From: Auanema rhodensis
Taxonomy: Eukaryota > Animalia > Nematoda
DNA: 64,000 bases
NCBI GenBank assembly: GCA_964057225.1
Contig: OZ059894.1
Span: 20,026,001-20,090,000 of the forward strand
Direction of reading: 5' to 3'
The translations under genes and the position numbers were made by a program. Under the pieces are notes generated by a model that was not told the DNA's origin, ran no database searches, and saw only the letters and a list, made by a program, of their open reading frames with translations. Below are positions 40,701 through 56,100 of the stretch, piece by piece; within the stretch, counting starts at the first letter, position 1, and each line of letters begins with the position of its first letter.

Positions 40701-42599
40701 AATAAATTAGCTAAAAGTAGATGTTTTTAGATTCCTTTTTTTAAGGCAAAGACGATGGACAATGTTATTCAACGAAAAAATTAATTCTTCAGGGTGAAAA
40801 TCGAGGATATAAGTGTGAACTTATATCAGTTGATATCTCGGCGCATTTTTAAGCTAGCGCAAATCTGATAACACAGATCGACGCAGCTTAAAAATCCGCA
40901 TCGAATGCACTATACTACATTGAGAAACGCTCAATACAAAAATTAGTTATGATCGTTTGAAAAATGATGCATTAGTGTATGTTGAGTTTCCATGTACACT
41001 CAACATTGCTTCCAAAAACATTTTGACAAAAATTTTTTCAAAAAATTTCAAGATAAATTAGCAAAAAGTAGATGTTTTTAGATTCCTTTTTTCAAGGCAA
41101 AGACGATAGACAATGTTATTCAACGATAAAATTAATTCTTCAGGGTGAAAATCGAGGATATAAGTGTGAACTTATATCAGTTGATATCTCGGTGCATTTT
41201 TAAGCTAGCGCAAATCTGATAACACAGATCGACGCAGCTTAAAAATCCGCATCGAATGCACTATACTACATTGAGAAACGCTTAATACAAAAATTAGTTA
41301 TGATCGTTTGAAAAATGATGCATTAGTGTATGTTGAGTTTCCATGTACACTCAACATTGCTTCCAAAAACATTTTGACAAAAATTTTTTCGAAAAATTTC
41401 AGAATAATTTAGCAAAAAGTAGATGTTTTTAGATTCCTTTTTTCAAGACAAAGACGATGGACAATGTTATTCAACGATAAAATTAATTCTTCAGGGTGAA
41501 AATCGAGGATATAAGTGTGAACTTATATCAGTTGATATCTCGGTGCATTTTTAAGCTAGCGCAAATCTGATAACACAGATCGACGCAGCTTAAAAATCCG
41601 CATCGAATGCACTATACTACATTGAGAAACGCTTAATACAAAAATTAGTTATGATCGTTTGAAAAATGATGCATTAGTGTATGTTGAGTTTCCATGTACA
41701 CTCAACATTGCTTCCAAAAACATTTTGACAAAAATTTTTTCAAAAAATTTCAAGATAAATTAGCAAAAAGTAGATGTTTTTAGATTCCTTTTTTCAAGGC
41801 AAAGACGATAGACAATGTTATTCAACGATAAAATTAATTCTTCAGGGTGAAAATCGAGGATATAAGTGTGAACTTATATCAGTTGATATCTCGGTGCATT
41901 TTTAAGCTAGCGCAAATCTGATAACACAGATCGACGCAGCTTAAAAATCCGCATCGAATGCACTATACTACATTGAGAAACGCTCAATACAAAAATTAGT
42001 TATGATCGTTTGAAAAATGATGCATTAGTGTATGTTGAGTTTCCATGTACACTCAACATTGCTTCCAAAAACATTTTGACAAAAATTTTTTCAAAAAATT
42101 TCAAGATAAATTAGCAAAAAGTAGATGTTTTTAGATTCCTTTTTTCAAGGCAAAGACGATAGACAATGTTATTCAACGATAAAATTAATTCTTCAGGGTG
42201 AAAATCGAGGATATAAGTGTGAACTTATATCAGTTGATATCTCGGTGCATTTTTAAGCTAGCGCAAATCTGATAACACAGATCGACGCAGCTTAAAAATC
42301 CGCATCGAATGCACTATACTACATTGAGAAACGCTTAATACAAAAATTAGTTATGATCGTTTGAAAAATGATGCATTAGTGTATGTTGAGTTTCCATGTA
42401 CACTCAACATTGCTTCCAAAAACATTTTGACAAAAATTTTTTCGAAAAATTTCAGAATAATTTAGCAAAAAGTAGATGTTTTTAGATTCCTTTTTTCAAG
42501 ACAAAGACGATGGACAATGTTATTCAACGATAAAATCAATTCTTCAGGGTGAAAATCGAGGATATAAGTGTGAACTTATATCAGTTGATATCTCGGTGC

Positions 42600-45500
42600 A
42601 TTTTTAAGCTAGCGCAAATCTGATAACACAGATCGACGCAGCTTAAAAATCCGCATCGAATGCAGTATACTACATTGAGAAACGCTTAATACAAAAATTA
42701 GTTATGATCGTTTGAAAAATGATGCATTAGTGTATGTTGAGTTTCCATGTACACTCAACATTGCTTCCAAAAACATTTTGACAAAACTTTTTTCGAAAAA
42801 TTTCAAAATAATTTAGCAAAAAGTAGATGTTTTTAGATTTCTTTTTTCAAGGCAAAGACGATGGACAATGTTATTCAACGAAAAAATTAATTCTTCAGGG
42901 TGAAAATCGAGGATATAAGTGTGAACTTATATCAGTTGATATCTCGGTGCATTTTTAAGCTAGCGCAAATCTGATAACACAGATCGACGCAGCTTAAAAA
43001 TCCGCATCGAATGCACTATACTACATTGAGAAACGCTTAATACAAAAATTAGTTATGATCGTTTGAAAAATGATGCATTAGTGTATGTTGAGTTTCCATG
43101 TACACTCAACATTGCTTCCAAAAACATTTTGACAAAAATTTTTTTCAAAAAATTTCAAATTAAATTAGCAAAAAGTAGATGTTTTTAGATTCCTTTTTTC
43201 AAGACAAAGACGATGGACAATGTTATTCAACGATAAAATCAATTCTTCAGGGTGAAAATCGAGGATATAAGTGTGAACTTATATCAGTTGATATCTCGGT
43301 GCATTTTTAAGCTAGCGCAAATCTGATAACACAGATCGACGCAGCTTAAAAATCCGCATCGAATGCAGTATACTACATTGAGAAACGCTTAATACAAAAA
43401 TTAGTTATGATCGTTTGAAAAATGATGCATTAGTGTATGTTGAGTTTCCATGTACACTCAACATTGCTTCCAAAAACATTTTGACAAAAATTTTTTCGAA
43501 AAATTTCAAAATAATTTAGCAAAAAGTAGATGTTTTTAGATTCCTTTTTTCAAGGCAAAGACGATGGACAATGTTATTCAACGAAAAAATTAATTCTTCA
43601 GGGTGAAAATCGAGGATATAAGTGTGAACTTATATCAGTTGATATCTCGGTGCATTTTTAAGCTAGCGCAAATCTGATAACACAGATCGACGCAGCTTAA
43701 AAATCCGCATCGAATGCACTTTACTACATTAAGAAACGCTCAATACAAAAATTAGTTATGATCGTTTGAAAAATGATGCATTAGTGTATGTTGAGTTTCC
43801 ATGTACACTCAACATTGCTTCCAAAAACATTTTGACAAAAATTTTTTCGAAAAATTTCAGAATAATTTAGCAAAAAGTAGATGTTTTTAGATTCCTTTTT
43901 TCAAGACAAAGACGATGGACAATGTTATTCAACGATAAAATCAATTCTTCAGGGTGAAAATCGAGGATATAAGTGTGAACTTATATCAGTTGATATCTCG
44001 GTGCATTTTTAAGCTAGCGCAAATCTGATAACACAGATCGACGCAGCTTAAAAATCCGCATCGAATGCACTATACTACATTGAGAAACGCTCAATACAAA
44101 AATTAGTTATGATCGTTTGAAAAATGATGCATTAGTGTATGTTGAGTTTCCATGTACACTCAACATTGCTTCCAAAAACATTTTGACAAAAATTTTTTCG
44201 AAAAATTTCAGAATAAATTAGCAAAAAGTAGATGTTTTTAGATTCTTTTTCTCAAGGCAAAGACGATGGACAATGTTATTCAACGAAAAAATTAATTCTT
44301 CAGGGTGAAAATCGAGGATATAAGTGTGAACTTATATCAGTTGATATCTCGGTGCATTTTTAAGCTAGCGCAAATCTGATAACACAGATCGACGCAGCTT
44401 AAAAATCCGCATCGAATGCAGTATACTACATTGAGAAACGCTTAATACAAAAATTAGTTATGATCGTTTGAAAAATGATGCATTAGTGTATGTTGAGTTT
44501 CCATGTACACTCAACATTGCTTCCAAAAACATTTTGACAAAACTTTTTTCGAAAAATTTCAAAATAATTTAGCAAAAAGTAGATGTTTTTAGATTCCTTT
44601 TTTCAAGGCAAAGACGATGGACAATGTTATTCAACGAAAAAATTAATTCTTCAGGGTGAAAATCGAGGATATAAGTGTGAACTTATATCAGTTGATATCT
44701 CGGTGCATTTTTAAGCTAGCGCAAATCTGATAACACAGATCGACGCAGCTTAAAAATCCGCATCGAATGCACTATACTACATTGAGAAACGCTTAATACA
44801 AAAATTAGTTATGATCGTTTGAAAAATGATGCATTAGTGTATGTTGAGTTTCCATGTACACTCAACATTGCTTCCAAAAACATTTTGACAAAAATTTTTT
44901 TCAAAAAATTTCAAAATAAATTAGCAAAAAGTAGATGTTTTTAGATTCCTTTTTTCAAGACAAAGACGATGGACAATGTTATTCAACGATAAAATCAATT
45001 CTTCAGGGTGAAAATCGAGGATATAAGTGTGAACTTATATCAGTTGATATCTCGGTGCATTTTTAAGCTAGCGCAAATCTGATAACACAGATCGACGCAG
45101 CTTAAAAATCCGCATCGAATGCAGTATACTACATTGAGAAACGCTTAATACAAAAATTAGTTATGATCGTTTGAAAAATGATGCATTAGTGTATGTTGAG
45201 TTTCCATGTACACTCAACATTGCTTCCAAAAACATTTTGACAAAAATTTTTTCGAAAAATTTCAAAATAATTTAGCAAAAAGTAGATGTTTTTAGATTCC
45301 TTTTTTCAAGGCAAAGACGATGGACAATGTTATTCAACGAAAAAATTAATTCTTCAGGGTGAAAATCGAGGATATAAGTGTGAACTTATATCAGTTGATA
45401 TCTCGGTGCATTTTTAAGCTAGCGCAAATCTGATAACACAGATCGACGCAGCTTAAAAATCCGCATCGAATGCACTTTACTACATTAAGAAACGCTCAAT

Positions 45501-45700
45501 ACAAAAATTAGTTATGATCGTTTGAAAAATGATGCATTAGTGTATGTTGAGTTTCCATGTACACTCAACATTGCTTCCAAAAACATTTTGACAAAAATTT
45601 TTTCGAAAAATTTCAGAATAATTTAGCAAAAAGTAGATGTTTTTAGATTCCTTTTTTCAAGACAAAGACGATGGACAATGTTATTCAACGAAAAAATTAA
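42600..45700. repeat. 5-monomer (1756-bp) tandem duplication
   Basis: The ordered variant string AAAACTTTT, extra T, AAGACAA, CAGTATA, CACTTTAC appears at about 42787-43721 and again at about 44543-45477. Confidence 0.8.
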
Positions 45701-48700
45701 TTCTTCAGGGTGAAAATCGAGGATATAAGTGTGAACTTATATCAGTTGATATCTCGGTGCATTTTTAAGCTAGCGCAAATCTGATAACACAGATCGACGC
45801 AGCTTAAAAATCCGCATCGAATGCACTATACTACATTGAGAAACGCTCAATACAAAAATTAGTTATGATCGTTTGAAAAATGATGCATTAGTGTATGTTG
45901 AGTTTCCATGTACACTCAACATTGCTTCCAAAAACATTTTGACAAAAATTTTTTCAAAAAATTTCAAGATAAATTAGCAAAAAGTAGATGTTTTTAGATT
46001 CCTTTTTTCAAGGCAAAGACGATGGACAATGTTATTCAACGAAAAAATTAATTCTTCAGGGTGAAAATCGAGGATATAATTGTGAACTTATATCAGTTGA
46101 TATCTCGGTGCATTTTTAAGCTAGCGCAAATCTGATAACACAGATCGACGCAGCTTAAAAATCCGCATCGAATGCACTATACTACATTGAGAAACGCTTA
46201 ATACAAAAATTAGTTATGATCGTTTGAAAAATGATGCATTAGTGTATGTTGAGTTTCCATGTACACTCAACATTGCTTCCAAAAACATTTTGACAAAAAT
46301 TTTTTCGAAAAATTTCAAAATAATTTAGCAAAAAGTAGATGTTTTTAGATTCCTTTTTTCAAGGCAAAGACGATGGACAATGTTATTCAACGATAAAATT
46401 AATTCTTCAGGGTGAAAATCGAGGATATAAGTGTGAACTTATATCAGTTGATATCTCGGTGCATTTTTAAGCTAGCGCAAATCTGATAACACAGATCGAC
46501 GCAGCTTAAAAATCCGCATCGAATGCACTATACTACATTGAGAAACGCTCAATACAAAAATTAGTTATGATCGTTTGAAAAATGATGCATTAGTGTATGT
46601 TGAGTTTCCATGTACACTCAACATTGCTTCCAAAAACATTTTGACAAAAATTTTTTCAAAAAATTTCAAGATAAATTAGCAAAAAGTAGATGTTTTTAGA
46701 TTCCTTTTTTCAAGGCAAAGACGATGGACAATGTTATTCAACGAAAAAATTAATTCTTCAGGGTGAAAATCGAGGATATAAGTGTGAACTTATATCAGTT
46801 GATATCTCGGTGCATTTTTAAGCTAGCGCAAATCTGATAACACAGATCGACGCAGCTTAAAAATCCGCATCGAATGCACTATACTACATTGAGAAACGCT
46901 TAATACAAAAATTAGTTATGATCGTTTGAAAAATGATGCATTAGTGTATGTTGAGTTTCCATGTACACTCAACATTGCTTCCAAAAACATTTTGACAAAA
47001 ATTTTTTCGAAAAATTTCAAAATAATTTAGCAAAAAGTAGATGTTTTTAGATTCCTTTTTTCAAGGCAAAGACGATGGACAATGTTATTCAACGAAAAAA
47101 TTAATTCTTCAGGGTGAAAATCGAGGATATAAGTGTGAACTTATATCAGTTGATATCTCGGTGCATTTTTAAGCTAGCGCAAATCTGATAACACAGATCG
47201 ACGCAGCTTAAAAATCCGCATCGAATGCACTATACTACATTGAGAAACGCTTAATACAAAAATTAGTTATGATCGTTTGAAAAATGATGCATTAGTGTAT
47301 GTTGAGTTTCCATGTACACTCAACATTGCTTCCAAAAACATTTTGACAAAAATTTTTTCGAAAAATTTCAAAATAATTTAGCAAAAAGTAGATGTTTTTA
47401 GATTCCTTTTTTCAAGGCAAAGACGATGGACAATGTTATTCAACGATAAAATTAATTCTTCAGGGTGAAAATCGAGGATATAAGTGTGAACTTATATCAG
47501 TTGATATCTCGGTGCATTTTTAAGCTAGCGCAAATCTGATAACACAGATCGACGCAGCTTAAAAATCCGCATCGAATGCACTATACTACATTGAGAAACG
47601 CTCAATACAAAAATTAGTTATGATCGTTTGAAAAATGATGCATTAGTGTATGTTGAGTTTCCATGTACACTCAACATTGCTTCCAAAAACATTTTGACAA
47701 AAATTTTTTCAAAAAATTTCAAAATAAATTAGCTAAAAGTAGATGTTTTTAGATTCCTTTTTTTAAGGCAAAGACGATGGACAATGTTATTCAACGAAAA
47801 AATTAATTCTTCAGGGTGAAAATCGAGGATATAAGTGTGAACTTATATCAGTTGATATCTCGGTGCATTTTCAAGCTAGCGCAAATCTGATAACACAGAT
47901 CGACGCAGCTTAAAAATCCGCATCGAATGCACTATACTACATTGAGAAACGCTTAATACAAAAATTAGTTATGATCGTTTGAAAAATGATGCATTAGTGT
48001 ATGTTGAGTTTCCATGTACACTCAACATTGCTTCCAAAAACATTTTGACAAAAATTTTTTCGAAAAATTTCAAAATAATTTAGCAAAAAGTAGATGTTTT
48101 TAGATTCCTTTTTTCAAGGCAAAGACGATGGACAATGTTATTCAACGATAAAATTAATTCTTCAGGGTGAAAATCGAGGATATAAGTGTGAACTTATATC
48201 AGTTGATATCTCGGTGCATTTTTAAGCTAGCGCAAATCTGATAACACAGATCGACGCAGCTTAAAAATCCGCATCGAATGCACTATACTACATTGAGAAA
48301 CGCTCAATACAAAAATTAGTTATGATCGTTTGAAAAATGATGCATTAGTGTATGTTGAGTTTCCATGTACACTCAACATTGCTTCCAAAAACATTTTGAC
48401 AAAAATTTTTTCAAAAAATTTCAAGATAAATTAGCAAAAAGTAGATGTTTTTAGATTCCTTTTTTCAAGGCAAAGACGATGGACAATGTTATTCAACGAA
48501 AAAATTAATTCTTCAGGGTGAAAATCGAGGATATAAGTGTGAACTTATATCAGTTGATATCTCGGTGCATTTTCAAGCTAGCGCAAATCTGATAACACAG
48601 ATCGACGCAGCTTAAAAATCCGCATCGAATGCACTATACTACATTGAGAAACGCTTAATACAAAAATTAGTTATGATCGTTTGAAAAATGATGCATTAGT

Positions 48701-51149
48701 GTATGTTGAGTTTCCATGTACACTCAACATTGCTTCCAAAAACATTTTGACAAAAATTTTTTCGAAAAATTTCAAAATAATTTAGCAAAAAGTAGATGTT
48801 TTTAGATTCCTTTTTTCAAGGCAAAGACGATGGACAATGTTATTCAACGATAAAATTAATTCTTCAGGGTGAAAATCGAGGATATAAGTGTGAACTTATA
48901 TCAGTTGATATCTCGGTGCATTTTTAAGCTAGCGCAAATCTGATAACACAGATCGACGCAGCTTAAAAATCCGCATCGAATGCACTATACTACATTGAGA
49001 AACGCTTAATACAAAAATTAGTTATGATCGTTTGAAAAATGATGCATTAGTGTATGTTGAGTTTCCATGTACACTCAACATTGCTTCCAAAAACATTTTG
49101 ACAAAAATTTTTTCGAAAAATTTCAGAATAATTTAGCAAAAAGTAGATGTTTTTAGATTCCTTTTTTCAAGGCAAAGACGATGGCCAATGTTATTCAACG
49201 AAAAAATTAATTCTTCAGGGTGAAAATCGAGGATATAAGTGTGAACTTATATCAGTTGATATCTCGGTGCATTTTTAAGCTAGCGCAAATCTGATAACAC
49301 AGATCGACGCAGCTTAAAAATCCGCATCGAATGCACTTTACTACATTAAGAAACGCTCAATACAAAAATTAGTTATGATCGTTTGAAAAATGATGCATTA
49401 GTTTATGTTGAGTTTCCATGTACACTCAACATTGCTTCCAAAAACATTTTGACAAAAATTTTTTCGAAAAATTTCAAAATAAATTAGCAAAAAGTAGATG
49501 TTTTTAGATTCCTTTTTTCAAGGCAAAGACGATGGACAATGTTATTCAACGAAAAAATTAATTCTTCAGGGTGAAAATCGAGGATATAAGTGTGAACTTA
49601 TATCAGTTGATATCTCGGTGCATTTTTAAGCTAGCGCAAATCTGATAACACAGATCGACGCAGCTTAAAAATCCGCATCGAATGCAGTATACTACATTGA
49701 GAAACGCTTAATACAAAAATTAGTTATGATCGTTTGAAAAATGATGCATTAGTGTATGTTGAGTTTCCATGTACACTCAACATTGCTTCCAAAAACATTT
49801 TGACAAAAATTTTTTCGAAAAATTTCAAAATAATTTAGCAAAAAGTAGATGTTTTTAGATTCCTTTTTTCAAGGCAAAGACGATGGACAATGTTATTCAA
49901 CGAAAAAATTAATTCTTCAGGGTGAAAATCGAGGATATAAGTGTGAACTTATATCAGTTGATATCTCGGTGCATTTTTAAGCTAGCGCAAATCTGATAAC
50001 ACAGATCGACGCAGCTTAAAAATCCGCATCGAATGCACTATACTACATTGAGAAACGCTTAATACAAAAATTAGTTATGATCGTTTGAAAAATGATGCAT
50101 TAGTGTATGTTGAGTTTCCATGTACACTCAACATTGCTTCCAAAAACATTTTGACAAAAATTTTTTCGAAAAATTTCAAAATAATTTAGCAAAAAGTAGA
50201 TGTTTTTAGATTCCTTTTTTCAAGGCAAAGACGATGGACAATGTTATTCAACGATAAAATTAATTCTTCAGGGTGAAAATCGAGGATATAAGTGTGAACT
50301 TATATCAGTTGATATCTCGGTGCATTTTTAAGCTAGCGCAAATCTGATAACACAGATCGACGCAGCTTAAAAATCCGCATCGAATGCACTATACTACATT
50401 GAGAAACGCTCAATACAAAAATTAGTTATGATCGTTTGAAAAATGATGCATTAGTGTATGTTGAGTTTCCATGTACACTCAACATTGCTTCCAAAAACAT
50501 TTTGACAAAAATTTTTTCAAAAAATTTCAAAATAAATTAGCTAAAAGTAGATGTTTTTAGATTCCTTTTTTTAAGGCAAAGACGATGGACAATGTTATTC
50601 AACGAAAAAATTAATTCTTCAGGGTGAAAATCGAGGATATAAGTGTGAACTTATATCAGTTGATATCTCGGTGCATTTTCAAGCTAGCGCAAATCTGATA
50701 ACACAGATCGACGCAGCTTAAAAATCCGCATCGAATGCACTATACTACATTAAGAAACGCTTAATACAAAAATTAGTTATGATCGTTTGAAAAATGATGC
50801 ATTAGTGTATGTTGAGTTTCCATGTACACTCAACATTGCTTCCAAAAACATTTTGACAAAAATTTTTTCGAAAAATTTCAGAATAATTTAGCAAAAAGTA
50901 GATGTTTTTAGATTCCTTTTCTCAAGGCAAAGACGATGGACAATGTTATTCAACGAAAAAATTAATTCTTCAGGGTGAAAATCGAGGATATAAGTGTGAA
51001 CTTATATCAGTTGATATCTCGGTGCATTTTTAAGCTAGCGCAAATCTGATAACACAGATCGACGCAGCTTAAAAATCCGCATCGAATGCACTATACTACA
51101 TTGAGAAACGCTCAATACAAAAATTAGTTATGATCGTTTGAAAAATGAT

Positions 51150-53170
51150 GCATTAGTGTATGTTGAGTTTCCATGTACACTCAACATTGCTTCCAAAAAC
51201 ATTTTGACAAAAATTTTTTCGAAAAATTTCAAAATAATTTAGCAAAAAGTAGATGTTTTTAGATTCCTTTTTTCAAGGCAAAGACGATGGACAATGTTAT
51301 TCAACGATAAAATTAATTCTTCAGGGTGAAAATCGAGGATATAAGTGTGAACTTATATCAGTTGATATCTCGGTGCATTTTTAAGCTAGCGCAAATCTGA
51401 TAACACAGATCGACGCAGCTTAAAAATCCGCATCGAATGCACTATACTACATTGAGAAACGCTCAATACAAAAATTAGTTATGATCGTTTGAAAAATGAT
51501 GCATTAGTGTATGTTGAGTTTCCATGTACACTCAACATTGCTTCCAAAAACATTTTGACAAAAATTTTTTTCAAAAAATTTCAAGATAAATTAGCAAAAA
51601 GTAGATGTTTTTAGATTCCTTTTTTCAAGGCAAAGACGATGGACAATGTTATTCAACAAAAAAATTAATTCTTCAGGGTGAAAATCGAGGATATAAGTGT
51701 GAACTTATATCAGTTGATATCTCGGTACATTTTTAAGCTAGCGCAAATCTGATAACACAGATCGACGCAGCTTAAAAATCCGCATCGAATGCACTATACT
51801 ACATTGAAAAACGCTTAATACAAAAATTAGTTATGATCGTTTGAAAAATGATGCATTAAATGTTGAGTTTCCATGTACACTCAACATTGCTTCCAAAAAC
51901 ATTTTGACAAAAATTTTTTCGAAAAATTTCAAAATAAATTAGCAAAAAGGATGTTTTTAGATTCCTTTTTTCAAGGCAAAGACGATGGACAATGTTATTC
52001 AACGAAAAAATTAATTCTTCAGAGTGAAAATCGAGGATATAAGTGTGAACTTATATCAGTTGATATCTCGGTGCATTTTTAAGCTAGCGCAAATCTGATA
52101 ACACAGATCGACGCAGCTTAAAAATCCGCATCGAATGCAGTATACTACATTGAGAAACGCTTAATACAAAAATTAGTTATGATCGTTTGAAAAATGATGC
52201 ATTAGTGTATGTTGAGTTTCCATGTACACTCAACATTGCTTCCAAAAACATTTTGACAAAAATTTTTTCGAAAAATTTCAAAATAATTTAGCAAAAAGTA
52301 GATGTTTTTAGATTCCTTTTTTCAAGGCAAAGACGATGGACAATGTTATTCAACGATAAAATTAATTCTTCAGGGTGAAAATCGAGGATATAAGTGTGAA
52401 CTTATATCAGTTGATATCTCGGTGCATTTTTAAGCTAGCGCAAATCTGATAACACAGATCGACGCAGCTTAAAAATCCGCATCGAATGCACTATACTACA
52501 TTGAGAAACGCTCAATACAAAAATTAGTTATGATCGTTTGAAAAATGATGCATTAGTGTATGTTGAGTTTCCATGTACACTCAACATTGCTTCCAAAAAC
52601 ATTTTGACAAAAATTTTTTTCAAAAAATTTCAAGATAAATTAGCAAAAAGTAGATGTTTTTAGATTCCTTTTTTCAAGGCAAAGACGATGGACAATGTTA
52701 TTCAACAAAAAAATTAATTCTTCAGGGTGAAAATCGAGGATATAAGTGTGAACTTATATCAGTTGATATCTCGGTTCATTTTCAAGCTAGCGCAAATCTG
52801 ATAACACAGATCGACGCAGCTTAAAAATCCGCATCGAATGCACTATACTACATTGAAAAACGCTTAATACAAAAATTAGTTATGATCGTTTGAAAAATGA
52901 TGCATTAAATGTTGAGTTTCCATGTACACTCAACATTGCTTCCAAAAACATTTTGACAAAAATTTTTTCGAAAAATTTCAAAATAAATTAGCAAAAAGGA
53001 TGTTTTTAGATTCCTTTTTTCAAGGCAAAGACGATGGACAATGTTATTCAACGAAAAAATTAATTCTTCAGAGTGAAAATCGAGGATATAAGTGTGAACT
53101 TATATCAGTTGATATCTCGGTGCATTTTTAAGCTAGCGCAAATCTGATAACACAGATCGACGCAGCTTAA
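51150..53170. repeat. 3-monomer (1049-bp) tandem duplication carrying +1, -3 and -2 bp indels
   Basis: GCATTAAATGTT, AAAAGGATG, CAGAGTG, CAACAAAA and CATTGAAAA all recur 1049 bp apart (3x351+1-3-2). Confidence 0.92.
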
Positions 53171-56100
53171 AAATTCGCATCGAATGCACTATACTACATT
53201 GAGAAACGCTTAATACAAAAATTAGTTATGATCGTTTGAAAAATGATGCATTAGTGTATGTTGAGTTTCCATGTACACTCAACATTGCTTCCAAAAACAT
53301 TTTGACAAAAATTTTTTCGAAAAATTTCAAAATAATTTAGCAAAAAGTAGATGTTTTTAGATTCCTTTTTTCAAGGCAAAGACGATGGACAATGTTATTC
53401 AACGAAAAAATTAATTCTTCAGGGTGAAAATCGAGGATATAAGTGTGAACTTATATCAGTTGATATCTCGGTGCATTTTTAAGCTAGCGCAAATCTGATA
53501 ACACAGATCGACGCAGCTTAAAAATCCGCATCGAATGCACTATACTACATTGAGAAACGCTTAATACAAAAATTAGTTATGATCGTTTGAAAAATGATGC
53601 ATTAGTGTATGTTGAGTTGCCATGTACACTCAACATTGCTTCCAAAAACATTTTGACAAAACTTTTTTCGAAAAATTTCAAAATAAATTAGCAAAAAGTA
53701 GATGTTTTTAGATTCCTTTTTTCAAGGCAAAGACGATGGACAATGTTATTCAACGAAAAAATTAATTCTTCAGGGTGAAAATCGAGGATATAAGTGTGAA
53801 CTTATATCAGTTGATATCTCGGTGCATTTTTAAGCTAGCGCAAATCTGATAACACAGATCGACGCAGCTTAAAAATCCGCATCGAATGCAGTATACTACA
53901 TTGAGAAACGCTTAATACAAAAATTAGTTATGATCGTTTGAAAAATGATGCATTAGTGTATGTTGAGTTTCCATGTACACTCAACATTGCTTCCAAAAAC
54001 ATTTTGACAAAAATTTTTTCGAAAAATTTCAAAATAATTTAGCAAAAAGTAGATGTTTTTAGATTCCTTTTTTCAAGGCAAAGACGATGGACAATGTTAT
54101 TCAACGAAAAAATCAATTCTTCAGGGTGAAAATCGAGGATATAAGTGTGAACTTATATCAGTTGATATCTCGGTGCATTTTTAAGCTAGCGCAAATCTGA
54201 TAACACAGATCGACGCAGCTTAAAAATCCGCATCGAATGCACTATACTACATTGAGAAACGCTTAATACAAAAATTAGTTATGATCGTTTGAAAAATGAT
54301 GCATTAGTGTATGTTGAGTTTCCATGTACACTCAACATTGCTTCCAAAAACATTTTGACAAAAATTTTTTCAAAAAATTTCAAAATAAATTAGCAAAAAG
54401 TAGATGTTTTTAGATTTCTTTTTTCAAGGCAAAGACGATGGACAATGTTATTCAACGAAAAAATTAATTCTTCAGGGTGAAAATCGAGGATATAAGTGTG
54501 AACTTATATCAGTTGATATCTCGGTGCATTTTCAAGCTAGCGCAAATCTGATAACACAGATCGACGCAGCTTAAAAATCCGCATCGAATGCACTATACTA
54601 CATTGAGAAACGCTCAATACAAAAATTAGTTATGATCGTTTGAAAAATGATGCATTAGTGTATGTTGAGTTTCCATGTACACTCAACATTGCTTCCAAAA
54701 ACATTTTGACAAAAATTTTTTTCAAAAAATTTCAAAATAAATTAGCAAAAAGTAGATGTTTTTAGATTCCTTTTTTCAAGGCAAAGACGATGGACAATGT
54801 TATTCAACAAAAAAATTAATTCTTCAGGGTGAAAATCGAGGATATAAGTGTGAACTTATATCAGTTGATATCTCGGTGCATTTTCAAGCTAGCGCAAATC
54901 TGATAACACAGATCGACGCAGCTTAAAAATCCGCATCGAATGAACTATACTACATTGAGAAACGCTTAATACAAAAATTAGTTATGATCGTTTGAAAAAT
55001 GATGCATTAGTGTATGTTGAGTTTCCATGTACACTCAACATTGCTTCCAAAAACATTTTGACAAAAATTTTTTCGAAAAATTTCAGAATAATTTAGCAAA
55101 AAGTAGATGTTTTTAGATTCCTTTTTTCAAGGCAAAGACGATGGACAATGTTATTCAACGAAAAAATTAATTCTTCAGGGTGAAAATCGAGGATATAAGT
55201 GTGAACTTATATCAGTTGATATCTCGGTGCATTTTCAAGCTAGCGCAAATCTGATAACACAGATCGACGCAGCTTAAAAATCCGCATCGAATGCACTATA
55301 CTACATTGAGAAACGCTTAATACAAAAATTAGTTATGATCGTTTGAAAAATGATGCATTAGTGTATGTTGAGTTTCCATGTACACTCAACATTGCTTCCA
55401 AAAACATTTTGACAAAAATTTTTTCGAAAAATTTCAAAATAATTTAGCAAAAAGTAGATGTTTTTAGATTCCTTTTTTCAAGGCAAAGACGATGGACAAT
55501 GTTATTCAACGATAAAATTAATTCTTCAGGGTGAAAATCGAGGATATAAGTGTGAACTTATATCAGTTGATATCTCGGTGCATTTTTAAGCTAGCGCAAA
55601 TCTGATAACACAGATCGACGCAGCTTAAAAATCCGCATCGAATGCACTATACTACATTGAGAAACGCTTAATACAAAAATTAGTTATGATCGTTTGAAAA
55701 ATGATGCATTAGTGTATGTTGAGTTTCCATGTACACTCAACATTGCTTCCAAAAACATTTTGACAAAAATTTTTTCGAAAAATTTCAGAATAATTTAGCA
55801 AAAAGTAGATGTTTTTAGATTCCTTTTTTCAAGGCAAAGACGATGGACAATGTTATTCAACGAAAAAATTAATTCTTCAGGGTGAAAATCGAGGATATAA
55901 GTGTGAACTTATATCAGTTGATATCTCGGTGCATTTTCAAGCTAGCGCAAATCTGATAACACAGATCGACGCAGCTTAAAAATCCGCATCGAATGCACTA
56001 TACTACATTGAGAAACGCTTAATACAAAAATTAGTTATGATCGTTTGAAAAATGATGCATTAGTGTATGTTGAGTTTCCATGTACACTCAACATTGCTTC

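Noticed and set aside
51873-52082. 69-aa ORF
   Set aside because: This is satellite sequence. A 2-bp deletion near 51949 fuses a 29-codon and a 43-codon frame present in ordinary monomers. There is no recognisable domain or gene context.
52922-53131. Identical second 69-aa ORF
   Set aside because: It is a copy produced by the 1049-bp tandem duplication, so the identity reflects recency and not coding constraint.
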